A stretch of 53,423 nt of DNA, taken from Verrucomicrobiota bacterium. GTDB taxonomy: Bacteria > Verrucomicrobiota > Verrucomicrobiia > Limisphaerales > CAIQOK01. This document shows positions 46,768 through 53,423 of the stretch, piece after piece. Both the position numbers and the translations under genes were made by a program. The notes under the pieces are model-generated. The model was not told where the DNA came from. It saw nothing but the letters and a program-made list of their open reading frames with translations, and ran no database searches. The stretch's first letter is position 1; the number at the start of each line of letters is the position of its first letter. The stretch lies in the NCBI GenBank assembly GCA_031423695.1, contig JANPGB010000286.1, positions 1 through 53,423 of the forward strand. Reading direction: 5' to 3'.

Positions 46768-47400
46768 TTTAGCCACGGATGGACACAGATGAAACACGGA
46801 TAAAGCAAAGTGAGCAAAGTGACCGAACCGCTCTTCATAGCAACCGAACGCTTTGACCCGACTGATGGGGAAAAGTGGCGGAAGTATTTTGAGTGGGCAA
46901 AAATTCCTGTACTGAAAGAAATCGTAAGTTTGGATACGTGTCTTTGCGGACACCTCATCAAAGACCTTTTGGATGATGATTGGAAGCACATTGTCTGCGA
47001 AGATTTTCGCTTAAGTTATTTCAAAGATTTGGATTATCTTTTACAGCGAGTTCTCGATGTGAAGCGCAGAAACATTCTTGGATTATACAGAAACCCTGTC
47101 GAACACATTGCAACCACACCGGCCAATCGCGATTTCAATTTTGTTGGATATGATTTGATTGAAGAGACAACTCAAATAAGCGCGTTAACAAATTGCGGTG
47201 GCTTTCCTGACGCGTTCAGCAATCAGGAGTTGAATTTTTCAGGCTTGATTTCAGAATTTGAGCGCGCAAGTGCAGTGAGGCAATTATTGATTGAAAAGTA
47301 TCCAGAAGAGGCACACGCCGATTGTGAAATGTATGCGGTTTGGAGATTAAGCGAATGAGTTTTTATCCGTGTTTCATCTGTGTTCAATCTGTGGCTAAAG
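46768..47400. mobile_element. Inverted-repeat-bounded cassette (family G arms) carrying one AT-rich ORF, filling the araB-araD spacer
   Basis: The left arm tttagccacggatggacacagatgaaacacggataaag (46768-46805) matches the reverse complement of the right arm tttatccgtgtttcatctgtgttcaatctgtggctaaag (47362-47400) at about 34 of 38 positions. The arms start 3 nt after the araB stop and end 10 nt before the araD ATG. Confidence 0.5.
46810..47358 (+). CDS. Hypothetical protein (passenger ORF of the IR-bounded cassette)
   Basis: 182-aa ORF with a GTG start, visibly AT-richer than the neighbours. It is the only long ORF between the arms. I recognise no family. Confidence 0.55.
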   Translation: MSKVTEPLFIATERFDPTDGEKWRKYFEWAKIPVLKEIVSLDTCLCGHLIKDLLDDDWKHIVCEDFRLSYFKDLDYLLQRVLDVKRRNILGLYRNPVEHIATTPANRDFNFVGYDLIEETTQISALTNCGGFPDAFSNQELNFSGLISEFERASAVRQLLIEKYPEEAHADCEMYAVWRLSE

Positions 47401-47410
47401 AAAATTTATT

Positions 47411-48103
47411 ATGCTCGAAAAATTGAAAGCTGAAGTCTGCAAAGCAAACCTGGATCTGGTGGCCGAAGGATTGGTCATCCAGACTTGGGGCAATGTCAGC
47501 GGCCTGGATCGCGAACGCGGTCTCATGGTCATCAAACCGTCCGGCGTGCCTTACTCCGAGATGCAACCCAAGCACATGGTTGTCGTCGCGCTAGCCACTG
47601 GCAAGGTCGTCGAAGGCAAGCTCAAGCCCAGCTCGGACACGGACACGCATCTGGTGCTGTATCGCGCGTTCCCGAAAATCGGCGGCGTGGTGCATACCCA
47701 CAGCCTTTACGCGACGGCATGGGCGCAGGCGTGCAGGGGGCTCGCCGCTTACGGCACGACGCAGGCGGATTACTGGTATGGCGACGTGCCGGTGACGCGC
47801 AAGCTGACACCCGCCGAGATCAAAAATGATTACGAGGCGAACACCGGCGAGGTCATCGTGGAGACGTTCAAGGGCCTCGACCCGTTGCAGCATCCAGCAG
47901 TGCTGGTGGCGAGCCACGGGCCGTTCACCTGGGGCAAGTCCGTGCATGACGCGGTTCACAACGCGAGCGTGCTGGAATTTGTGGCGCGGCTGAACAGCGA
48001 AATGCTGCGCGTCAATCCGAAGATCAAGCCGATGCAGCCGGTGCTGCTCGACAAACATTTCATGCGCAAACACGGGCCGAAGGCGACCTACGGACAGAAA
48101 TGA
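47411..48103 (+). CDS. araD: L-ribulose-5-phosphate 4-epimerase
   Basis: MLEKLKAEVCKANLDLVAEGLVIQTWGNVSGLDRERGLMVIKPSGVPY...GGVVHTHSLYATAWAQA. Confidence 0.92.
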   Translation: MLEKLKAEVCKANLDLVAEGLVIQTWGNVSGLDRERGLMVIKPSGVPYSEMQPKHMVVVALATGKVVEGKLKPSSDTDTHLVLYRAFPKIGGVVHTHSLYATAWAQACRGLAAYGTTQADYWYGDVPVTRKLTPAEIKNDYEANTGEVIVETFKGLDPLQHPAVLVASHGPFTWGKSVHDAVHNASVLEFVARLNSEMLRVNPKIKPMQPVLLDKHFMRKHGPKATYGQK

Positions 48104-48129
48104 AATCCGAATGACGAAATCCGAATGAC
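48102..48129. repeat. 2 x 14-bp tandem repeat (gaaatccgaatgac)
   Basis: Direct read, overlapping the last two bases of the araD stop codon (48101-48103). Confidence 0.7.
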
Positions 48130-48138
48130 GCAGATTGC

Positions 48139-49314
48139 ATGAGCCTGAAATTTTTAATTTTCAAACGCGCCCGGCATGGCAATCCCAAAGGGATTGCGAC
48201 CTCCAGCCCAAGGTTGCGAGGCGCGAGCTACCTTGGGTTGCTGTTTGAAAGTTTTTCTGCCCCAACGGGGTTGCGTTGTGTTTTCGCGGCCCGGCCACAA
48301 CCCCGTTGGGGTTGTTCACTCTTGCTATCCGCATTTCCCAGGGTAGCTCGGGCCTCGCAACCCTGGGCTTTGTGCCGGAATCCCGTTGGGATTCTTGCTT
48401 TGTTTGTGCTGATGTTGGTTCTAAACATCAGCCATGCCGCCGACACGAACTCGGTTTTTCTCTTCTCCTTTTTCCGTGAGCCGAACGGGCAGGGTGGCTT
48501 GCAACTGGCAACGAGCGCGGACGGATTGAAATGGACGGAGATCAAGCCGCCCGCCGGAGCTTCTTTCATCAAACCGGAAGTCGGCGGCAGGCTGATGCGT
48601 GATCCCAGTCTGGCACTCGGGCCGGACGGCACGTTTCACATGGTCTGGACGACCAGTTGGGGACGTCCGCCGGTGTTTGGCTATTCCAGTTCCAAGGATC
48701 TGATTCACTGGACGGAGCAGCGCGCGATTCCCGTGATGGAGGACGCGCCGGACGCTAAGAACGTCTGGGCGTCGGAACTTTTCTACGACGCGAAGAAGGC
48801 GCAGTGGTTAATTTTCTGGGCCAGCACGATTCCCGGAAAATTTCCCGAGACGGAAAATTCCGGCGACAACAACCATCGCATCTACTGCGTGACCACGAAG
48901 GATTTCCAGACGTTCAGCAGGACGCGATTGTTTTACGACGGCGGCTTCAACGTGATTGACGCCATGATGCTTCCGGCGAAAGGGAGGTTTTATCTCGTCG
49001 TGAAGGATGAGACGAAGAACCCGGTGAAGAAAGATCTCCACCTCGCGGTCAGCGACAAAGCGGAAGGCCCGTTCAGCAAGGCCGGCCCCGCGATCAACGG
49101 GGATTGGGTCGAAGGTCCGACGGCGCTTCAGATCGGCGGCGAGTACTACATTTATTTTGACCATTACACGAACCCCAAGTATTACGGAGCGGTGAAATCA
49201 CCCGACTTGGAACACTGGCAGGACATTTCCGCTCAAGTGTCGTTTCCCAAAGGCATCCGCCACGGCACGGCTTTGAAAGTTCCCGCAGGCGTGGTGCAGA
49301 ACCTTCTGAAGTAA
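48139..49314 (+). CDS. GH43-like five-bladed beta-propeller glycoside hydrolase (arabinan/arabinoside-related by context); start uncertain (ATG 48139, or TTG 48400 / GTG 48406 / ATG 48412)
   Basis: The mature part reads LMRDPSLALGPDGTFHMVWTTSW...NVWASELFYD...WVEGPTALQIGGEYYIYFDHY. The first 85 or so codons of the long ORF are read through the family-B repeat. Confidence 0.75.
   Translation: MSLKFLIFKRARHGNPKGIATSSPRLRGASYLGLLFESFSAPTGLRCVFAARPQPRWGCSLLLSAFPRVARASQPWALCRNPVGILALFVLMLVLNISHAADTNSVFLFSFFREPNGQGGLQLATSADGLKWTEIKPPAGASFIKPEVGGRLMRDPSLALGPDGTFHMVWTTSWGRPPVFGYSSSKDLIHWTEQRAIPVMEDAPDAKNVWASELFYDAKKAQWLIFWASTIPGKFPETENSGDNNHRIYCVTTKDFQTFSRTRLFYDGGFNVIDAMMLPAKGRFYLVVKDETKNPVKKDLHLAVSDKAEGPFSKAGPAINGDWVEGPTALQIGGEYYIYFDHYTNPKYYGAVKSPDLEHWQDISAQVSFPKGIRHGTALKVPAGVVQNLLK
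48179..48396. repeat. MITE-like element, family B (multi-hairpin, mirror-symmetric)
   Basis: Symmetric series: atcccaaagggat; cccaaggttgcgaggcgcgagctaccttggg; ccccaacggggttg; caaccccgttggggttg; cccagggtagctcgggcctcgcaaccctggg; atcccgttgggat. Confidence 0.75.
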
Positions 49315-49339
49315 GAAATCGTTTCAACCAATCCCAACT

Positions 49340-50488
49340 GTGAAAAATACAATGATCGAGACCCTGCTACTTATCGGAGCCGTGGTTTGTGTCGCCGGAC
49401 TTGTCGGCTGTGCGGTGACCGGCGGTTCGGCCGGCTATGTCGGCAGACAACCCTTCGGCAAGACGGCGGATGGAAAGGCCGTGGACCTGTTCACCTTGCG
49501 CAACGCGAAGGGTTCCGAGGCGCAGATCATGACTTACGGCGGCATAGTCACGTCGCTGAAAGTCGCCGACAAGAATGGCAAGCTCGGCGATGTCGTCCTG
49601 GGTTATGATCACCTTGAGGGTTATATCAAAAGCACGCCCTATTTCGGCGCGCTCATCGGACGCTACGGCAACCGCATCGCCAACGGGAAGTTCACGCTGG
49701 ACGGCCAGACCTACACGCTGCCGCAGAACAACGGGGCCAACTGTCTCCACGGCGGCCTCAAGGCCTTCGACAAAGTGGTCTGGGAAGTGGTCCGTTCCCG
49801 CGCCACCGACAAGGAGGCTTCGCTGGAACTCGGTTATCTGAGCAAGGACGGTGAGGAGGGCTTTCCCGGAAATCTGAAGGTCACCGCGACCTACACGCTC
49901 ACGGAAGACAACGCGCTGCGGCTGGATTTCTCCGCCACCACGGACAAGCCCACCGTGGTTAATCTCACGCATCACTCCTACTTCAACCTCGCCGGCCAGG
50001 GCGATGTGCTGAATCACGAAGTGACGATCAACGCGGACAAGTTCACGCCGGTCAACACCAACCTGATCACCACCGGCGAACTGCGCCCGGTCAAGGACAC
50101 TCCGTTTGATTTCACCACGCCGCACAAGGTCGGCGAGCGCATCAACGCCGCGGATGAGCAGCTCAAGTTCGGCAATGGCTACGATCACAACTGGGTGGTC
50201 AACAAAAAGCCCGGCGAGCTGGCGTTTGTCGCGCGCGCTTATGAACCGACCAGCGGCCGCGTGATGGAAGTTTTCTCGACCGAACCCGGCACGCAGTTTT
50301 ACACCGGCAACTTTCTCGACGGCACCATCACCGGCAAGGGCGGCTGGACGTATCAATTCCGCAACGGTCTCTGCTTCGAGCCGCAGCATTATCCCGACTC
50401 GCCGAACCATCCGGAATTTCCCACCACCGTCCTGCGCCCCGGCCAGACTTTTAAAAACACCATCCGCTACAAGTTTTCCGTCCGATAA
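49340..50488 (+). CDS. galM: Aldose 1-epimerase (mutarotase), lipoprotein-type signal
   Basis: LLLIGAVVCVAGLVGC (lipobox); GALIGRYGNRIANGKFTLDGQTYTLPQNNGANCLHGG; LTHHSYFNL; GLCFEPQHYPDS. Confidence 0.9.
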   Translation: MKNTMIETLLLIGAVVCVAGLVGCAVTGGSAGYVGRQPFGKTADGKAVDLFTLRNAKGSEAQIMTYGGIVTSLKVADKNGKLGDVVLGYDHLEGYIKSTPYFGALIGRYGNRIANGKFTLDGQTYTLPQNNGANCLHGGLKAFDKVVWEVVRSRATDKEASLELGYLSKDGEEGFPGNLKVTATYTLTEDNALRLDFSATTDKPTVVNLTHHSYFNLAGQGDVLNHEVTINADKFTPVNTNLITTGELRPVKDTPFDFTTPHKVGERINAADEQLKFGNGYDHNWVVNKKPGELAFVARAYEPTSGRVMEVFSTEPGTQFYTGNFLDGTITGKGGWTYQFRNGLCFEPQHYPDSPNHPEFPTTVLRPGQTFKNTIRYKFSVR

Positions 50489-50509
50489 ATCCTCAACCCA
50501 ACCCACGCA

Positions 50510-51499
50510 ATGAAACCCAACCAAATCAAGCTGTTCACCCTCGCGCTGGCCCTGGTGCTCGTCGCCCCCGGCTGTGGCAGACAAGAAGCTGCATCCGACG
50601 GCGCGGCCAAACCGGCGGCCGGCAAGAAACTCAAGCTCGCGTTCGTCTCGAACAACGCGGCGACCTTCTGGACCATCGCCCGCACGGGCTGTGACGCGGC
50701 CGCGAAAGACCTCGGCAATGTGGACGTGGATTTCCGCATCCCCTCCACCGGCAGCGCCGCCGAGCAGCAGCAGATTCTCGACGACTTGGTCGCCAAGGGC
50801 GTGGACGGCATCGCGGTCAGCTCAATCGCGCCGAAGGATCAAACCGATTTTCTCAACAAGATTGCCGCTCAAACGCTGCTCATCTGCGTGGACAGCGATG
50901 CGGCGGACAGCAAACGCGTCTGCTACATCGGCACCGATAACTTTTCAGCGGGCGTTCAAGCGGGCAAACTTATTAAAGAAGCGCTGCCCAACGGCGGCAA
51001 GATCATGGTCTTCGTCGGCTACGCCGACGCGCAGAACTCGAAGGACCGTTTCGGCGGCATCAAAAAAGAACTGGAAGGCTCGAAGGTTGAAATCATTGAC
51101 CTTCGCACCGATGACACCGATGCCGTCCGCGCCCAGAAAAATGCCGAGGATACGCTGGTGAAGTATTCCGATGTTTCCATGCTCGTCGGCCTCTATGATT
51201 ACAATGGCCCGGCCATCCTCAACGCCGTGCGCGGTGCGAACGTGCAGGGCAAAGTAAAAATTGTCTGCTTCGACGAAAAAGCCGAGACGCTTGATGGCGT
51301 GGCCAGCGGCGACATCTACGGCACGGTCGTGCAGCAGCCGTATGAGTTCGGCAAACAGTCCATCACCAAGATGGCGAAGTATCTTGGCGGCGACAAAGAA
51401 GCGCTCGCGGGCGGTAAACAAATCGTGGCCACGCGCAGCCTGAAGAAGGACGACATCGCGGCGTTCAAGGCCGACCTGGCGAAAATTCTTGGAAAGTGA
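50510..51499 (+). CDS. Sugar ABC transporter substrate-binding lipoprotein (ribose/arabinose/xylose PBP type I)
   Basis: LALALVLVAPGCG (lipobox); KLAFVSNNAATFW; GTDNFSAGVQAGKLI. Confidence 0.85.
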   Translation: MKPNQIKLFTLALALVLVAPGCGRQEAASDGAAKPAAGKKLKLAFVSNNAATFWTIARTGCDAAAKDLGNVDVDFRIPSTGSAAEQQQILDDLVAKGVDGIAVSSIAPKDQTDFLNKIAAQTLLICVDSDAADSKRVCYIGTDNFSAGVQAGKLIKEALPNGGKIMVFVGYADAQNSKDRFGGIKKELEGSKVEIIDLRTDDTDAVRAQKNAEDTLVKYSDVSMLVGLYDYNGPAILNAVRGANVQGKVKIVCFDEKAETLDGVASGDIYGTVVQQPYEFGKQSITKMAKYLGGDKEALAGGKQIVATRSLKKDDIAAFKADLAKILGK

Positions 51500-51508
51500 T
51501 CAATACTT

Positions 51509-51586
51509 GTAGGAGCCGACGTAAGGAGGCTCAAACTGGATTTGCATCTCACGATTTAATTAGAGCCTCCTTACGTCGGCTCCTGC
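51509..51586. repeat. Perfect 22-bp-stem hairpin (family E) between the binding-protein and ATPase genes
   Basis: aggagccgacgtaaggaggctc (51511-51532) is the exact reverse complement of gagcctccttacgtcggctcct (51563-51584). The loop is 30 nt. The ATPase ATG is at 51594. Confidence 0.85.
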
Positions 51587-51593
51587 AAAATTT

Positions 51594-53117
51594 ATGAGCG
51601 CCACACCGCTTCTCTCCATGCGCGGAATCGGCAAACGATTCCCCGGCGTCATCGCGTTGGACAACGTCTCGCTCGACATCGGCGCGGGTGAAGTCCTCGC
51701 GTTGTGCGGCGAGAACGGCGCGGGCAAGTCCACGATGATGAAAATCCTTGGCGGCGTCTATCAGCCGGACGCCGGGGAAATTCTCATGGACGGCGTGGCG
51801 GTGAAGATCAACAACGTCACCGACTCCATGAAGCTGCGCGTGGCGTTCATCCATCAGGAGTTGAACGTGCTCGACAACCTCGACGTGGCGGCGAATGTTT
51901 TTCTCGGCCGCGAGCCGAAAAATGCGCTGGGCCTGATTGATTTCAAAAAAATCCACGACGACACGGAGCCGTTCTTGAAGCGGCTTGGACTCGACATCTC
52001 CAGCCGGACGCCGCTGGAAAAACTTTCCCTTGCGCAGAAACAGATGGTGGAGATCGCCAAGGCGCTGTCGCTGAATTCGCGGATCATCATCATGGACGAG
52101 CCGACGTCGTCGCTGACGTTGCAGGAGACCGAACGGCTGCTTGAACTCGTGCTCGAATTGAAATCGCAGGGCGTGAGCGTGGTCTATATCTCGCACCGCC
52201 TGGGCGAGGTGAACCACATCGCCGACCGCGTCGTGGTGTTGCGCGATGGCAAAAATGCCGGAGCGTTGGCTCGCGCCGAGATCAGCCACGACAGCATCGT
52301 GAGCCTGATGGTCGGACGCGAAATCAAAAGTTCCTACACCGCCTCCATTGGCAAGAAGACGCCGGGATATTTCAAAGTCCGCAACGCGCGCTCCGGCCGT
52401 TACCCCGCCAGGACGGTCGAATTCGATGCGACGCGCGGCGAGATTTTGGGATTTGCCGGACTCGTCGGTGCCGGGCGGTCGGAGATTGTCAAGGCGATGG
52501 TCGGCCTCGACAACGATGGCAGCGCGGAAGTCACGATTGGTGACGAAAGGATTTTCATCAGGTCGTCGGCGGACGCCATCGGCCACGGCATTTATCTCGT
52601 GCCCGAAGACCGGCGCGGCGAAGGCCTCGTCACCGGCATGAGCGTGCGCGAGAACACCACGCTGCCGTCGCTCGAAAAATATTCCACTTTCAACCTCATC
52701 AGCCGCGAGCGCGAGCGCAAGGTCACCGACGAACAGATCAAATCGCTGAACATCAAGACGCCCGGCGGCGAAACGCTGGTGCTGAACTTGAGCGGCGGCA
52801 ACCAGCAGAAAGTCGTCCTCGGCAAATGGCTTTCGATGAATCCCAAGGTGATGATTCTCGACGAGCCGACGCGCGGCATTGATGTCGGCGCGAAGGCGGA
52901 GATTTACCGGCTCATGCGCGAACTCGCGGATCGCGGCGGTGTGATTCTGATGATCAGCAGCGACATGGAGGAAGTCCTGAACGTCAGCGACCGCGTGGCC
53001 GTGATGCACGAGGGCAAAATCACCGGCATCCTCGAACGCGCGGATTGCAACGAGGAAAACGTGATGAACCTCGCCGTCGGCAAAACCATCGCAGCGGCGA
53101 AGGCGGCGGTTAATTAA
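51594..53117 (+). CDS. Sugar ABC transporter ATP-binding protein (tandem ABC domains, RbsA/AraG/MglA type)
   Basis: Walker A GENGAGKST; signature LSLAQKQMVEIAKAL; Walker B IIIMDEPT; second signature LSGGNQQKVVLGKWL; Walker B VMILDEPTRG. Confidence 0.9.
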   Translation: MSATPLLSMRGIGKRFPGVIALDNVSLDIGAGEVLALCGENGAGKSTMMKILGGVYQPDAGEILMDGVAVKINNVTDSMKLRVAFIHQELNVLDNLDVAANVFLGREPKNALGLIDFKKIHDDTEPFLKRLGLDISSRTPLEKLSLAQKQMVEIAKALSLNSRIIIMDEPTSSLTLQETERLLELVLELKSQGVSVVYISHRLGEVNHIADRVVVLRDGKNAGALARAEISHDSIVSLMVGREIKSSYTASIGKKTPGYFKVRNARSGRYPARTVEFDATRGEILGFAGLVGAGRSEIVKAMVGLDNDGSAEVTIGDERIFIRSSADAIGHGIYLVPEDRRGEGLVTGMSVRENTTLPSLEKYSTFNLISRERERKVTDEQIKSLNIKTPGGETLVLNLSGGNQQKVVLGKWLSMNPKVMILDEPTRGIDVGAKAEIYRLMRELADRGGVILMISSDMEEVLNVSDRVAVMHEGKITGILERADCNEENVMNLAVGKTIAAAKAAVN

Positions 53118-53124
53118 TTTTTAC

Positions 53125-53423
53125 ATGAAAAAAGAAATTGGCATCTCGGTATTGTTGTTCGCGCTGTGCGCGGTGACTTCGATCATGAATCCGAAGTTCC
53201 TGTCCGCCGTGAATCTGGTGAATACGGCAAATCTCATCGGGCTTTACGGCGTGTTCAGCCTCGGCCTCGGTCTGGTCATCATCACCGGCGGCATTGATTT
53301 GTCCGTCGGCTCGATGTGCGCGCTGACCGGCGTGATTCTCGCGATGGGCGTGACGGAATGGCATTGGTCATGGCCGGTGGCGACGCTGGTGGTGCTGGGC
53401 ATTTCCGGTTTGCTGGGTTTGGC
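53125..53423 (+). CDS. Sugar ABC transporter permease, 5' part (continues off the right edge)
   Basis: Own translation from ATG 53125: MKKEIGISVLLFALCAVTSIMNPKFLSAVNLVNTANLIGLYGVFSLGLGLVIITGGIDLSVGSM... ITGGIDLSVGS is typical of RbsC/AraH-type permeases. It is not in the ORF track because the window end truncates it. Confidence 0.8.
   Translation, partial: MKKEIGISVLLFALCAVTSIMNPKFLSAVNLVNTANLIGLYGVFSLGLGLVIITGGIDLSVGSMCALTGVILAMGVTEWHWSWPVATLVVLGISGLLGL

Noticed and set aside
49367-50584. 405-aa minus-strand ORF
   Set aside because: Shadow of galM.
51549-53009. 486-aa minus-strand ORF
   Set aside because: Shadow of the ABC ATPase gene. Its C-terminal CRSRRKEALIKS is simply the family-E hairpin read as protein.
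1-53423. Scan for tRNA, rRNA, tmRNA, RNase P RNA, SRP RNA and CRISPR arrays
   Set aside because: I found none of the following by eye: a T-loop/acceptor pattern (GGTTCGAATCC-type), an rRNA-like block, the GAGGAAAGTCCGGGC motif, an SRP GGAA tetraloop helix, or regularly spaced direct repeats. Eye scanning is insensitive, so Infernal/tRNAscan should confirm this.

Overview
This is a high-GC bacterial chromosomal window. It is probably from the PVC superphylum (Verrucomicrobiota-like), which I infer from gene content and the style of the repeats. I support about 50 protein genes. I saw no rRNA, tRNA or CRISPR by eye.

Housekeeping blocks:
- pheA, kdsD, tkt, psd-pssA, fabI, glyQS, hisF and rnc.
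- The rpmH-rnpA-yidD-yidC-jag cluster.

Envelope and polysaccharide block:
- Exosortase, EpsI, a priming glycosylphosphotransferase and UDP-xylose synthase.
- Additional epimerase and nucleotidyltransferase genes.
- A plant-type arabinokinase-like GHMP kinase followed by a UDP-sugar pyrophosphorylase-like gene.

Other blocks:
- larB-larC (nickel-pincer cofactor).
- A DUF2339/DUF3999-like membrane pair.
- An L-arabinose cluster at the right end: araB, araD, GH43-like, galM and a sugar ABC transporter.

The unusual part is what lies between and inside these genes.
1. At least eight families of short nested-palindrome (MITE/REP-like) elements are present. One is inserted in frame inside a nucleotidyltransferase gene. 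Two lie between an ATG and the signal-peptide core of secreted proteins.
2. A toxin-antitoxin-like cassette is bracketed by a 107-bp duplicate of the uxs 3' end, and the differences between the copies are mostly synonymous.
3. An AT-rich orphan ORF bounded by 38-bp inverted repeats sits exactly between araB and araD.
4. dprA is interrupted by a single in-frame TAG.
5. A secreted FN3-like protein with an RNase-toxin-like C-terminus is followed at 1 nt by a zinc-ribbon protein.

All family names come from motif recognition by eye. No searches were run.
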